In this document: positions 48,687-58,317 of the stretch, piece by piece
Position numbering within the stretch: position 1 is the first letter of the stretch
Layout: each line of letters opens with the position of its first letter
NCBI GenBank assembly: GCA_049287185.1
Contig: JBAQFI010000012.1
Coordinates: 54,659 to 118,658 of the forward strand
DNA from: Minisyncoccia bacterium
GTDB lineage: Bacteria; Patescibacteriota; Minisyncoccia; Phycocordibacterales; GWA1-40-21
DNA: 64,000 bases
Direction: 5' to 3'
Notes under the pieces: generated by a model
Seen by the model: only the letters and a program-made list of their open reading frames with translations
Databases searched by the model: none
What the model was told of the DNA's origin: nothing
Position numbers and translations under genes: made by a program

Positions 48687-49637
48687 CTAGTCAAAAATAT
48701 TTACCAAATATTTGTCTATCTCACGTTGTTCCATGTCAGAAAAATTAATTCCCAAGTCGTGTAGTTCTGTAGCCAACTCAACACCAACAAATCTCCAGTG
48801 CCACGGTTCATATTGGTAATAAATATTGCCCTTAGGATAGGAAAGAACGAAACCATATCTATAGGCATTTTCTGTTAGCCATTTAAAGGCCGGAGTCGTT
48901 TCAAACTTAATTACTAATTTAGTATCTACACTATCAGTGGCAATATCAACAGTGGTACCAAGTTGATGTTCGGAATAGCCCTGGTCTGCCGAAAATCTGT
49001 TTGCTCCAGTACCATAAGAAACAAGGTAAGCATCTTTTAGAGATGACTGTTCACCAAAAGAGCGATAGGCTGAAGCTATTTTTAACGTTATGTCATCATT
49101 GCTAGCTCGCCTAACCATTCTTTCTAAAAATGATAGAGCTGAAGCGTGAAATTTTAATTCTTTATTTGGATCTGATAAATATCTTTCATCAATTGTGTCC
49201 AGACTCATTGGAACATAGTTGTCACTCAAAAAATATACTTTAGAATATTTTTGTAACAATTCTTTGTCTGTTTTGGAGAGTTTTTCTAGAGTACCGACGG
49301 TACCGGAAATGTCCTCAAGGTTTGACTGAATATCTTCATTTTGTGATTGTTGCTCTTGTAAGCGTTGGGCCAGTTCTGCACCTGTGAGAGTTGTAGTGGC
49401 AAGGGCAGCCTCTAAGATTTCTAGTTTTTGAGACAATTTTTCAGTGGTGGCGGTCACATTATTATCAAGAGCCTCAATATCATTTGAGGTTTTTTGAGCC
49501 AGAAAATAGACTATGAAACCAAGAATGAAGATATTAATAATGGCAATAACTGCTAGAGTATGTGGTAGTCTCGCTTCGTCAAAATGTTTATTGATGAATT
49601 CTCTCATATTCGTGAAGTATAGCAAAAAACTATCCAA
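48687..49637 (-). CDS. membrane-anchored D-alanyl-D-alanine carboxypeptidase (VanY/peptidase M15B) with coiled-coil stalk
   Basis: ASAYRSFGEQ, SEHQLGTTVDI, EPWHWRFVG; N-terminal TM IAIINIFILGFIVYFLA. Confidence 0.8.
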   Translation of the reverse strand: MDSFLLYFTNMREFINKHFDEARLPHTLAVIAIINIFILGFIVYFLAQKTSNDIEALDNNVTATTEKLSQKLEILEAALATTTLTGAELAQRLQEQQSQNEDIQSNLEDISGTVGTLEKLSKTDKELLQKYSKVYFLSDNYVPMSLDTIDERYLSDPNKELKFHASALSFLERMVRRASNDDITLKIASAYRSFGEQSSLKDAYLVSYGTGANRFSADQGYSEHQLGTTVDIATDSVDTKLVIKFETTPAFKWLTENAYRYGFVLSYPKGNIYYQYEPWHWRFVGVELATELHDLGINFSDMEQREIDKYLVNIFD

Positions 49638-49705
49638 AATTCAAAGCAAATCAAATAATATGCATATAGACTTTGAATTACGAAATATCAATTTTATCTC
49701 TACTA

Positions 49706-49923
49706 TCATTCTCGCGCACCACCAGGATATTTCCATTTTCTCCACTCGCTCTCCCTTCTGTCATTCTCTCTTATTTTCCGTCATTGCGAGAAAGTATTCT
49801 GACGAAGCAATCCAGGATTAATTTTTTCCCTCTGTCATTCCCGCATAGGCGGGAATCCAGTTTTTTGGTTTTAAGACTGATTAAGATTCCTGGGTTCCCG
49901 TTGTCACGGGAATGACAGAAAGA
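49706..49923. repeat. large repeat cluster: RS-like fragment, variant palindrome, composite MITE-like element
   Basis: caccaccaggatatttccattttc; ccgtcattgcgagaaagtattctgacgaagcaatccagg; ctgtcattcccgcataggcgggaatccag, spacer ttttttggttttaagactgattaagatt, inverted cctgggttcccgttgtcacgggaatgacagaaag. Confidence 0.8.
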
Positions 49924-49951
49924 AGGTATTTCGTAATTTACAGATATAGAC

Positions 49952-50836
49952 CTATTTATTAGCAAAATAACTAAATAAAGCTTTAATACCAGCCAGATTC
50001 TTCTCCCACTCTATCGTTTCGTGGGTCTTGAGTTCCACAGTTATAGCCGGAATGTTTATTGAAGCCAACCAACCCTCAGCGTCACCAGTGACCGGGTAAC
50101 TATTAAAGGTATCAATGGCTGGATAACCCGCGGCCTTGGCGAAGATATTCATAATATTTGAAGTTTCAAAGAGAATACCGGATTCACATTCTGAAGCGTA
50201 AACGGCATTTGATTGACTGTGCCAAAAAATTACAGCTTTAGGTTTGCTTTGTAAAACAAAATCTCTGATCGCCTTGGCTTCTGGTTCAGAAAAGGCTTCT
50301 GTTCCAGCACTGACAATTTTTGCTCTCCAGGTACTGGTTGCTTGCCATTTACAATTAAAGTTTCGATTTAAATCAACATTATTAGCATTAAAGCGACCAA
50401 TAGATTCATCTGTACCAGTAGGAATGTCAGTTAATTCAAAGCGACCCTCTTTACCGATTACTTTATAAACTCCATCTGGATTAGCAGAAGGAATTATTGT
50501 AACAGTTAATTTCTCCGGAATAACGCTTGGATTTGCTTTTAAATAGTCCAAAAATTTATAAGCTAAAAGTACACTGTTCCATTCGTAACCACCGTGAATA
50601 CCGCCAACGAAAGCAATATGAGTTGGACCATTTCCAAAAGTATAAGCCTCGATTGATCTATTTTCGACAGATTTTCCAATAGTTGTTTGACTAAAAACTG
50701 GGCTGTTTGTCTCCGTGACAATCGGTTCTATTTGTTTTGACTTATAATTTAGAAAAATAACAAAGGCAACTACAACAATAATCACAGTTACGATTGTAAC
50801 TGTGATTATTGTTTGTTTAGTAAAAAACAATTTCAT
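49952..50836 (-). CDS. membrane-anchored M14-family zinc carboxypeptidase
   Basis: FVGGIHGGYEWNS, NANNVDLNRNF (M14 NRN motif); N-terminal TM. Confidence 0.65.
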   Translation of the reverse strand: MKLFFTKQTIITVTIVTVIIVVVAFVIFLNYKSKQIEPIVTETNSPVFSQTTIGKSVENRSIEAYTFGNGPTHIAFVGGIHGGYEWNSVLLAYKFLDYLKANPSVIPEKLTVTIIPSANPDGVYKVIGKEGRFELTDIPTGTDESIGRFNANNVDLNRNFNCKWQATSTWRAKIVSAGTEAFSEPEAKAIRDFVLQSKPKAVIFWHSQSNAVYASECESGILFETSNIMNIFAKAAGYPAIDTFNSYPVTGDAEGWLASINIPAITVELKTHETIEWEKNLAGIKALFSYFANK

Positions 50837-51759
50837 TATTTTGCGTAATTGTTAAGGACAGCCTTAATACCTGCCAAGTTCTTTGTCCATTCAGTATCTT
50901 TATGATTGGTGAGTAGAACGCTAATAGCTGGAACATTTTGTTTAGCTAACCAGTTAACCATGTCTCCAGTGATAGCGTAGTAGTCAAATTCTTCATAGGC
51001 AGGGTAACCAGAGGCTTTAGCAAAGAGGTTAGTTAATTTTGCGGTTTCTGTTGACACTCCATTGTGACAACTGGAAGAATAAACACCACCAGCGGCACTG
51101 TACCAAGCCACCACTGCTTTTGGTCCTTTCATATCAACATAAGTTTTTATGGCTAGACTTTCTGGCTCAGAAAAGGCGGCTGATCCACCACTGACTGTTC
51201 GGCTTTGCCATTTACCGGTTGTTTGCCAGTCACAATCAAAGTTACGATTTAGGTCAACAGTATTAGCATTAAAGCGTCCAGGAATAGTTGCAGTTTCGGA
51301 AGTTGGGATGTCAGACATACTAAAACGAGAAGAAGTGCCGACTACTTTGTTTAAACCATCAGGATTCAAAACTGGAATCACAGTAACCTTAACATTTGAC
51401 GGGATTACATTTGGATTAGCTTTTAAATAATCCATTGCTTCGAAAGCAACGAGTGATGTATTCCATTCATAACCACCGTGAATACCGCCAACGAATAAAA
51501 TCTCATCTGCACCAGTACCATAGTGATATGCGGTGATTGGCAGACCATTAACTGAGGTACCTATAATAGTTTCGTCTTTATTGATAGGTTTTGAACTGGT
51601 AGCAATATAGGGATTGTTGATATTTTTTTGGATATCAGTCGCTGTATTTGTATTTTCAGGAATAGCAGAATTTTTTGGAGATGAGCTAGTAAAATAATAA
51701 ACACCAACACCTAAAAGAACGATAACTACGACTAAGATAATTATATTATTTCTTTTCAT
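50836..51759 (-). CDS. membrane-anchored M14-family zinc carboxypeptidase, paralog
   Basis: FVGGIHGGYEWNT, NANTVDLNRNF; abuts the previous gene. Confidence 0.65.
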   Translation of the reverse strand: MKRNNIIILVVVIVLLGVGVYYFTSSSPKNSAIPENTNTATDIQKNINNPYIATSSKPINKDETIIGTSVNGLPITAYHYGTGADEILFVGGIHGGYEWNTSLVAFEAMDYLKANPNVIPSNVKVTVIPVLNPDGLNKVVGTSSRFSMSDIPTSETATIPGRFNANTVDLNRNFDCDWQTTGKWQSRTVSGGSAAFSEPESLAIKTYVDMKGPKAVVAWYSAAGGVYSSSCHNGVSTETAKLTNLFAKASGYPAYEEFDYYAITGDMVNWLAKQNVPAISVLLTNHKDTEWTKNLAGIKAVLNNYAK

Positions 51760-52050
51760 AATGCATCTATTATACCATAGATAATATTTTGTTTACATTA
51801 TTCTGTTCCAGGTGTAAAATGGTAAGTAATAGATTCCCGAGAGGAATAGACGCGCCTGTTCGATATTTCTAATAATACAATTAAAAATATAAATTGAGTC
51901 TGGTAAAATCAGAATTTTTGTTTTTACGTGCTCAAAAAAATGACGAGTGTTCTGCCTGAGATCATTTTGCAGATTTAATCAATGTTTTAGATTATTAGAA
52001 AACCTTAATAAAGGTCTGAACATTAATAATTTTAATAATAATTTATATAT

Positions 52051-54354
52051 ATGATGAAAAATAAGTTGATGGTCGTTATCGTTCTAGTAGCTTTTTTTAT
52101 TAGTATTGCTGGTTCAGTCTTTGCCGCAACCTTCATCGATCTTAATACGGCTGATGACTTTGCTGTTTTAGCTGGCTCCACAATAACCAACTCTGGTTCC
52201 TCCGTGATTACTGGTGATTTAGGATTAAGTCCAGGTCTTTCTGTTACTGGTTTTCCACCTGGTACTGTCAGTGGAACACAACATATAGCTGATGCAGCCG
52301 CTGTACAGGCAAAGGTGGATCTCACCTCAGCCTATAATGACGCAGCAGGACAGACACCGGTTTCTACTGTACCGACTGAACTTGGTGGAACTACAAAAAA
52401 TGCCGGTATTTATGATTCTGCAGATGGTACATTTGAAATTACTGGAACATTAACACTTGATGCTCAAGGAGATCCAAATGCTGTTTTTATCTTTAAGACA
52501 GCCACCACTCTTAATACAGCTGGCGCAAGTAGTATTGTACTTGCTAATGATGCTCAGGCCTGTAATGTTTTTTGGCAGGTAGGTAGTTCTGCCACTCTCG
52601 GTGCCAATTCAACCTTTAAAGGAAATATTTTAGCTTTAACTTCAGTTACATTAACAACTGGTGCTGATGTGGAAGGTAGAGTCTTAGCTAGAAATGGTGC
52701 TGTGACATTGGATACTAATGATATAGCCATTGCTACTTGTGCAGCCTCACCTCAACTTACTGTCACTAAAACAGTTGATAATACTGGTGGTGGAACCAAA
52801 CTAATTTCCGACTTTCCACTCTTCATCGATGGTAGCAGTGTGACTTCAGCAGTAGCTAGTACAACCACCATTGGTTTACACACAGTTACTGAAACTACCG
52901 ATCCAAATTACACCTCAACTATTGGTGGTGATTGTGCTGCCAACGGTACTATTACATTGGCAATGGGTGAGGAAAAGACTTGTTCCATTACTAATACTTA
53001 TGTTCCTGCTTCACCAGGTACACTTCATATAATTAAACAAGTTACAAATAATAACGGTGGAACAGCTATTGCCAGTGACTTCACCTTAAATGTTACAGGA
53101 ACCAATGTTTCCTCCAGTTCATTTTCTGGTTCTGCAGCCGGAGTGGATATCACTTTGGACGCTGGTTCATATACTGTCACTGAACCAATCATTCCAACAG
53201 GTTATTTACAATCAGGTTCTGGTACTTGTTCTGGAACAATAGCTTCCGGTGAAACTATTACCTGTACTATTACTAATGACGATGTCGCCCCACAACTGAT
53301 AGTGAACAAAATTGTTATTAATGACAACGGCCGAACCAAACTAATTTCCGACTTTCCACTATTTATCGACGGCAGCAGTGTTGTTTCTGGAGTCGCTAGT
53401 ACTACAACTATCGGAAGTCATACTGTCACTGAAACTACTGATTCAAATTATACTTCAGCCTTCGGTGGCGATTGTGCAGCTGATGGTACGGTTAGTTTAG
53501 CCTTAGGTGAAGTGAAGACATGTACTGTTACTAATGATGATGTGACCCCACCTTCTTCTGGTGGTGGTTCCCGTCATTATGCACCACCATTAATAGATAT
53601 AATAAAAATACCAAGTCCCTTAGCTCTACCTAAAGGTCCTGGCTCTGTAACATATACCTATACACTCAGTAATATTGGAACAGTTCCTGTGTCAGATATC
53701 ACTATGGTTGATGATTCCTGTAGTCCGGTATCCTTAATTTCTGGGGATACAAATGCGGATAATATGTTAGATCTTGATGAAGCCTGGATTTATCGCTGTT
53801 CAAAAATTATATCAAAAACCAGCACAAACATTGTCACAGCAACTGGTTGGTCCCATGGTGTAAGTGCGACAGATATAGCCAATGCCACAGTCGTAGTGGG
53901 AGTTTCGGTAGTGCCACCATTAATTCACGTCACAAAAATTCCGAACCCTCTTACTTTACCAGCTGAGGGAGGAATAGTTACCTATACAAATAAGGTTACT
54001 AATCCTGGAACAGTATCATTAAGCAACGTTCGTCTCACCGATGATAAATGTAGTCCAGTAAAATATATTTCAGGTGATTTAAACAATAATTCAAAGCTAG
54101 AAACTACAGAAACCTGGATTTATACTTGCCAGTCTAAACTCACTAAAACCACTGTAAATACTGTTACCGCGAGTGGTGATGCAAATAGTTTAACAGCAAA
54201 GGATTTTGCTATTGCCACAGTTATTGTAGCGGCACCAAAATTACCAAATACGGGAATTGGTTCTGACGAGGGAAGTCTTCTCTGGTATATTATTGCATTA
54301 GCTGGAATATTTTTGGTTCTACTATATTTTTATTTTATTCGAAGAAAAAAATAG
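52051..54354 (+). CDS. LPXTG-anchored surface protein: signal peptide, ice-binding-like DUF3494 domain, repeated DUF11/Ig-like domains, sortase signal
   Basis: SP ...SVFA-ATF; FAVLAGSTITNSGSSVITGDLGLSPG...AVFIFKTATTL...NVFWQVGSSATLGANSTFKGNILALTSVTL; repeated TVDNTGGGTKLISDFPLFIDGSSV modules; C-terminal LPNTG + TM + RRKK. Confidence 0.8.
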   Translation: MMKNKLMVVIVLVAFFISIAGSVFAATFIDLNTADDFAVLAGSTITNSGSSVITGDLGLSPGLSVTGFPPGTVSGTQHIADAAAVQAKVDLTSAYNDAAGQTPVSTVPTELGGTTKNAGIYDSADGTFEITGTLTLDAQGDPNAVFIFKTATTLNTAGASSIVLANDAQACNVFWQVGSSATLGANSTFKGNILALTSVTLTTGADVEGRVLARNGAVTLDTNDIAIATCAASPQLTVTKTVDNTGGGTKLISDFPLFIDGSSVTSAVASTTTIGLHTVTETTDPNYTSTIGGDCAANGTITLAMGEEKTCSITNTYVPASPGTLHIIKQVTNNNGGTAIASDFTLNVTGTNVSSSSFSGSAAGVDITLDAGSYTVTEPIIPTGYLQSGSGTCSGTIASGETITCTITNDDVAPQLIVNKIVINDNGRTKLISDFPLFIDGSSVVSGVASTTTIGSHTVTETTDSNYTSAFGGDCAADGTVSLALGEVKTCTVTNDDVTPPSSGGGSRHYAPPLIDIIKIPSPLALPKGPGSVTYTYTLSNIGTVPVSDITMVDDSCSPVSLISGDTNADNMLDLDEAWIYRCSKIISKTSTNIVTATGWSHGVSATDIANATVVVGVSVVPPLIHVTKIPNPLTLPAEGGIVTYTNKVTNPGTVSLSNVRLTDDKCSPVKYISGDLNNNSKLETTETWIYTCQSKLTKTTVNTVTASGDANSLTAKDFAIATVIVAAPKLPNTGIGSDEGSLLWYIIALAGIFLVLLYFYFIRRKK

Positions 54355-54415
54355 TTTAGTCTAAATATTTACCTAATTGGCTTATAAGTACCAGTCGTAA
54401 ACTTATCTGGTACTT

Positions 54416-55051
54416 ATGTCTTTTAGTCTAGAAAATATGCATCAAAAAATATTATCAAAAAAATTATTGCAGCCATTTGTTATTCTTTTTGGGATGATCA
54501 TTTTCGTAATTCTACTTCTTTATATTATTCCACAAATATCAATTGAAAATGGTGACAGGAATGTCCTTAATGGTAATAATATAGTTGAAGAAATTGATAA
54601 TAGTTTGGCATTACCTATTCGACTCAAAATTCCAAGTTTAGGTATCGACGCTCCCGTGGAGTCACTTGGCCTCACAACAGATGGATCAATGGACGTCCCA
54701 AAGAGTCCAGACAATGTTGGTTGGTTTGAACTCGGACCATATCCAGGAGAAATTGGAAGTGCTGTCATTGCCGGGCACTATGGTTGGAAGGATAATCTAC
54801 CTGCGGTGTTTGATAATTTATCTAAACTAAAGAAGACAGACAAAATATATGTTGAGGATAAAGAGGGAATAATCACTACTTTTGTCGTCCGCGAGATTCG
54901 TTCATTTGGTGAGAACGATGAGACATTAGATGTATTTAATTCTACAGATGGAAAAGCACACCTTAATCTAATCACTTGTGAAGGTATTTGGAATGCGTCA
55001 AATAAAAGTTATTCCAAAAGACTTATAGTGTTTACTGATAGGGAATTATAG
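54416..55051 (+). CDS. sortase (transpeptidase)
   Basis: N-terminal TM; LKIPSLGIDAPVE; catalytic His in AGHYGW, Cys in LITCEG, Arg downstream; immediately after its LPNTG substrate. Confidence 0.8.
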   Translation: MSFSLENMHQKILSKKLLQPFVILFGMIIFVILLLYIIPQISIENGDRNVLNGNNIVEEIDNSLALPIRLKIPSLGIDAPVESLGLTTDGSMDVPKSPDNVGWFELGPYPGEIGSAVIAGHYGWKDNLPAVFDNLSKLKKTDKIYVEDKEGIITTFVVREIRSFGENDETLDVFNSTDGKAHLNLITCEGIWNASNKSYSKRLIVFTDREL

Positions 55052-55062
55052 ATAAAACTTAA

Positions 55063-55092
55063 AAAATCTCTCCTAAGGAGAGATTTTTTAAT
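55063..55092 (+). terminator. rho-independent terminator
   Basis: aaaatctctcctaagg-agagattttttaat. Confidence 0.8.
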
Positions 55093-55110
55093 ACCCATTG
55101 CTTTATTATT

Positions 55111-55301
55111 GTGGACCGCACCGGACACGCTTTGCATTCTCCCTCGACTAAAACCTCGTCGCCACTCGGTTTTGTCTGGTCACGCCCTCACATAATTTTC
55201 TACTAAAAATCATTGGCTCCGGGCTTCGAGTCCGGACACGAGTGATGCCTATCACTCGCTTGCAGTCCATACAAAAAAATCGCTAATCGCGATTTTGTTT
55301 G
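55111..55301 (-). other. conserved ~190-nt tRNA-Ala(GGC) 3' trailer element ending in a direct repeat of the tRNA 3' end (att-like); possible ncRNA or integration remnant
   Basis: Minus-strand reading: terminator-like hairpin aaatcgcgattagcgattttttt, hairpin gagtgat-aggc-atcactc, conserved blocks ggactcgaa, cggagccaat, agtaga, atgtgag, ccagac, gacga, agtcgagggaga, then aagcgtgtccggtgcggtccac repeating tRNA positions 59-73. Confidence 0.5.
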
Positions 55302-55374
55302 TGGACCGCACCGGACTCGAACCGGTCACCTCTTCCATGCCATGGAAACGCTCTACCAGATGAGCTAGCGGCCC
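55302..55374 (-). tRNA. tRNA-Ala (anticodon GGC), no encoded CCA
   Basis: Reverse complement GGGCCGC-UA-GCUC-AUCUGGUA-GAGC-G-UUUCC-AUGGCAU-GGAAG-AGGUG-ACCGG-UUCGAGU-CCGGU-GCGGUCC-A; G3-U70 Ala identity pair. Confidence 0.85.
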
Positions 55375-55719
55375 TTAATTTGGAACTTCGACATTATATT
55401 ATTTTTTCATAAAAAAAGCCACCAGATGACTTTTTCTGCTTCACAGGTATACTCTCAACCGTGTGTGTAGGATTTTTCACCTACAAGTAAGCATTTTTTT
55501 CATCGTGTGCATTTCTGCAATCACGAGGAAGCTTTTCGCTCGCCACTACTAAGCTCCGGAAAATTTGTCTGGTGACTACACTATCTCTTGTGTTCGAAAC
55601 ACTAGACGACCCTTGTTAATCTAATCATCGAGATAAAAATATCTTAACAAGATTTTAGTGAAAATTCAATATTAATCTATTTACTTATATCTATTTTATG
55701 CTAATCTTATGTAGTTATT

Positions 55720-55792
55720 GGGCCCTTAGCTCATCTGGTAGAGCACCTGCTTTGCAAGCAGGGGGTGGCAGGTTCGAGTCCTGTAGGGTCCA
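55720..55792 (+). tRNA. tRNA-Ala (anticodon UGC), no encoded CCA
   Basis: GGGCCCU-UA-GCUC-AUCUGGUA-GAGC-A-CCUGC-UUUGCAA-GCAGG-GGGUG-GCAGG-UUCGAGU-CCUGU-AGGGUCC-A; G3-U70. Confidence 0.85.
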
Positions 55793-55976
55793 CAAATTTA
55801 AAACACCGAAAGGTGTTTTTAATTTGTGGACCCTAAGTAAGTGCTGGGCAGCACTTACGTCAGGACTCGAACAGCGGAGCCAATTTTTGTCAGTAGACAA
55901 AAATGTGAGCTGGTGCCCAGACTAAATTTTGTGACGACAAAATTTAAGTCGAGGGAGAGACTCCTGTAGGGTCCAC
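55793..55976 (+). other. conserved ~185-nt tRNA-Ala(UGC) 3' trailer element, homologous to 55111-55301
   Basis: Terminator hairpin aaaacacc-gaaa-ggtgttttt nested in a 23-bp stem pairing the tRNA 3' end (agggtccacaaattt...aatttgtggaccct); hairpin aagtgct-gggc-agcactt; same conserved blocks; ends cctgtagggtccac copying the tRNA 3' end. Confidence 0.5.
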
Positions 55977-56068
55977 TACGTTTTTAACTAATATTTTTCA
56001 AAGGATATTCTGGGTATCTAAAATATGATATACTATTTTTTATTGTTTTATTAATTTAATTAAATATA

Positions 56069-56374
56069 ATGTTTGAGTTTTTAAAATTTGGAAAAAGAGA
56101 AGAGAAAGAAGCAATAATTGTTGAAGATGGATTATTAAAACCAGAAATGAGCTTGGAAGAAATGAAGAGTATCGCTGACCAGCTTGAAAAGCTACAGTCT
56201 TCCGAAAATGAGGGACGAGGAGTTTCTTGTGTCAGAACAGCAATCTTTTATTTAAGAGGGGGTGATTTAGATGGAGCAAAAGCTGTCTGTAAAAATGACC
56301 ATGATAAAATTCAAAACTATCCAGATATTGAAAAATTTCTTGAAAAATACGGTTTAGCTTTTAAATTTGATTAG
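56069..56374 (+). CDS. hypothetical protein
   Basis: 101 aa acidic ORF; no motif. Confidence 0.35.
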   Translation: MFEFLKFGKREEKEAIIVEDGLLKPEMSLEEMKSIADQLEKLQSSENEGRGVSCVRTAIFYLRGGDLDGAKAVCKNDHDKIQNYPDIEKFLEKYGLAFKFD

Positions 56375-56621
56375 GTTATTGTATTTAATATCTGATACCT
56401 AGACTGATTAAATTCCAAGTTTAGTTACACCCTCTCAACCTGCACATCTCCCCCAAGCTCTCTTTTACTAAATGGCATGACCAGCCTAAAATTTCTGACG
56501 AGAAATTTTAAGGTGAGGGTGAGATTGGGATAAGGGACCCAATCGCAAGATCTTTTGAGATAGAGTCGAATGATTATAAGATTATATCCAAAAGGTGTAT
56601 TGTTCCTGTAAGGAAAATTCG

Positions 56622-56643
56622 AAGCGTGTCGGTGCGGTCCACA
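56622..56643 (+). repeat. third copy of the tRNA-Ala(GGC) 3'-end repeat, inverted relative to 55111-55132
   Basis: aagcgtgtcggtgcggtccac versus aagcgtgtccggtgcggtccac; lies in a 580-bp non-coding stretch. Confidence 0.65.
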
Positions 56644-56957
56644 AAAACATAGTGAGATGTAATTGTGCGCTAGCCTTTATTTGCTAAATATATTAAACTA
56701 GAATTACTATACCCTTAGGCAAGGAAAAATATAGTGTCGGTGCCTAACCACCCGTGTTCTAGATAGGAAAAGAGATTGCCAAGTAGTGGTGAACGAAAAG
56801 CAGTACGTGGGCATCTGCTACGGCCCACCGAAGCAAGAATCTCAAATTCTATAAAGGACTATACCTCAAAGGTAATCGGGTGGTTCTTTATTTATACATT
56901 TAATAACATAAGTTATTTAATTAGTCTTTTCTCCTCAAAAATGATACTTTATATTGA

Positions 56958-58193
56958 ATGAAGAAATACGACGTTATTGTTATCGGTGGTGGTCCAGCTG
57001 GCCTAATGGCAGCCAATACAGCAGCTAAAAATGGCGCTAAAGTTTTGGTATTGGAAAAAAACTCTGAACTAGGTAAAAAACTTCTCTTAACTGGCGGTGG
57101 AAGATGTAACCTTACTAATGCGGAAATGGATGTCAGAAAGTTTGTCAGTAAATTTGATAAAAAAGGACAAGTTTTGTTTTCTCCATTCTCAGTATTTGGA
57201 GTGAAGGAAACAATCGAATATTTCAATGTGCGAGGATTGGAGACCAAAATTGAGCCAGGTAATAGGGTTTTTCCGGTGACTGACAAAGCCATAGACGTAC
57301 TAAACATATTAATAGCTGAGGCTAAAAAGTATAAAGTTGAGTTTATTTTTGGTGTTGAAGTAACCGGCTTTGAATATAAAAAGGGAAGTATTACTGGTAT
57401 AAAAAGTAATCGAGAAATTTATCACGCAAATAATTATATTTTAGCCACTGGAGGCATGTCACATCAAGAAACCGGTTCCACTGGAGATGGTTTTAACTGG
57501 CTCAAAGAAATTGGTCATAATGTGATCACTCCACAGCCATCACTGGTACCGGTTAAAGTTTTAGAAAAATGGGTTAAGAATTTATCTGGTGTCGGATTAG
57601 ATATGGTTGGAATAAATTTGTATCAAAATAAAAAAGTAGTAGCAAAAAAAACAGGGAAAATATTATTTACACATTTTGGATTAAGCGGACCAGCTATTTT
57701 AAATTTTAGTAAAACTATTCGTGATTATCTGGCAGGCGGCAATGTTTTACTCAAACTTGATTTGTTTCCTGGAGTTGGACTAGACAAACTTGAGGATGAC
57801 TTCCAAAATTTAATTAAGGATAATTTAAATAAATTAATTAAAAATTTAACTTGGGAAAAGCTTCCAACTAATCTTTTACAAACTGTATTTGAACTGGCAA
57901 AAATTGATACTGATAAACAATTAAACTCCTTAACTCGCGAGGAGAGATTGACTATTCTAACCTTATTTAAAGCCATGCCACTCACTGTTATTGATTTACT
58001 AGGTTTTGAACACGCCATTATCTCTAGTGGTGGAGTTGATATAAACGAGGTTGAATTTAAAACTATGCAATCAAAAATTTATAAAAATTTATTTTTAGTT
58101 GGTGATGTACTAGACTTTGATAGACCATCAGGTGGATTTAGTTTACAACTTTGTTGGACGACAGGGTATGTCGCTGGAAATTCTATAAAATAA
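56958..58193 (+). CDS. HI0933-like FAD-binding flavoprotein (aminoacetone oxidase family)
   Basis: YDVIVIGGGPAGLMAA, GKKLLLTGGGRCNLTN, C-terminal GDVLDFDRPSGGFSLQ. Confidence 0.75.
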   Translation: MKKYDVIVIGGGPAGLMAANTAAKNGAKVLVLEKNSELGKKLLLTGGGRCNLTNAEMDVRKFVSKFDKKGQVLFSPFSVFGVKETIEYFNVRGLETKIEPGNRVFPVTDKAIDVLNILIAEAKKYKVEFIFGVEVTGFEYKKGSITGIKSNREIYHANNYILATGGMSHQETGSTGDGFNWLKEIGHNVITPQPSLVPVKVLEKWVKNLSGVGLDMVGINLYQNKKVVAKKTGKILFTHFGLSGPAILNFSKTIRDYLAGGNVLLKLDLFPGVGLDKLEDDFQNLIKDNLNKLIKNLTWEKLPTNLLQTVFELAKIDTDKQLNSLTREERLTILTLFKAMPLTVIDLLGFEHAIISSGGVDINEVEFKTMQSKIYKNLFLVGDVLDFDRPSGGFSLQLCWTTGYVAGNSIK

Positions 58194-58317
58194 TTTTTTT
58201 AAATTTGTATTTTTTTACAAAATAGGAAAAAATTGACAAAAATCATTGCATTCTGGAATGCAGGGTGTACAATTAATGTAAGGTCGATTTAATAATCGCT
58301 AAAAGATCTTTAAGAAA

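Noticed and set aside
55205-55245. T-loop-like ttcgagtcc motifs on the strand opposite the tRNA trailers, suggesting hidden tRNA genes
   Set aside because: The flanking stems do not pair in a canonical T-arm register and no acceptor or anticodon arms can be drawn. It is treated as part of the trailer element.
55698-55925. ORFs 55698..55925 (+) and 55715..55900 (-)
   Set aside because: They overlap tRNA-Ala(UGC) and its structured trailer. A tRNA cloverleaf with a G3-U70 pair explains the region.
56400-56957. A 560-bp non-coding stretch as candidate tmRNA, RNase P RNA or SRP RNA
   Set aside because: I looked for tmRNA ends (GGGG...CUCCACCA), the RNase P P4 motif (AGGAAAGUCCGGGCUCC) and the SRP helix-8 GGAA/AGCAGC motifs and found none. 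Only the att-like repeat copy is recorded.
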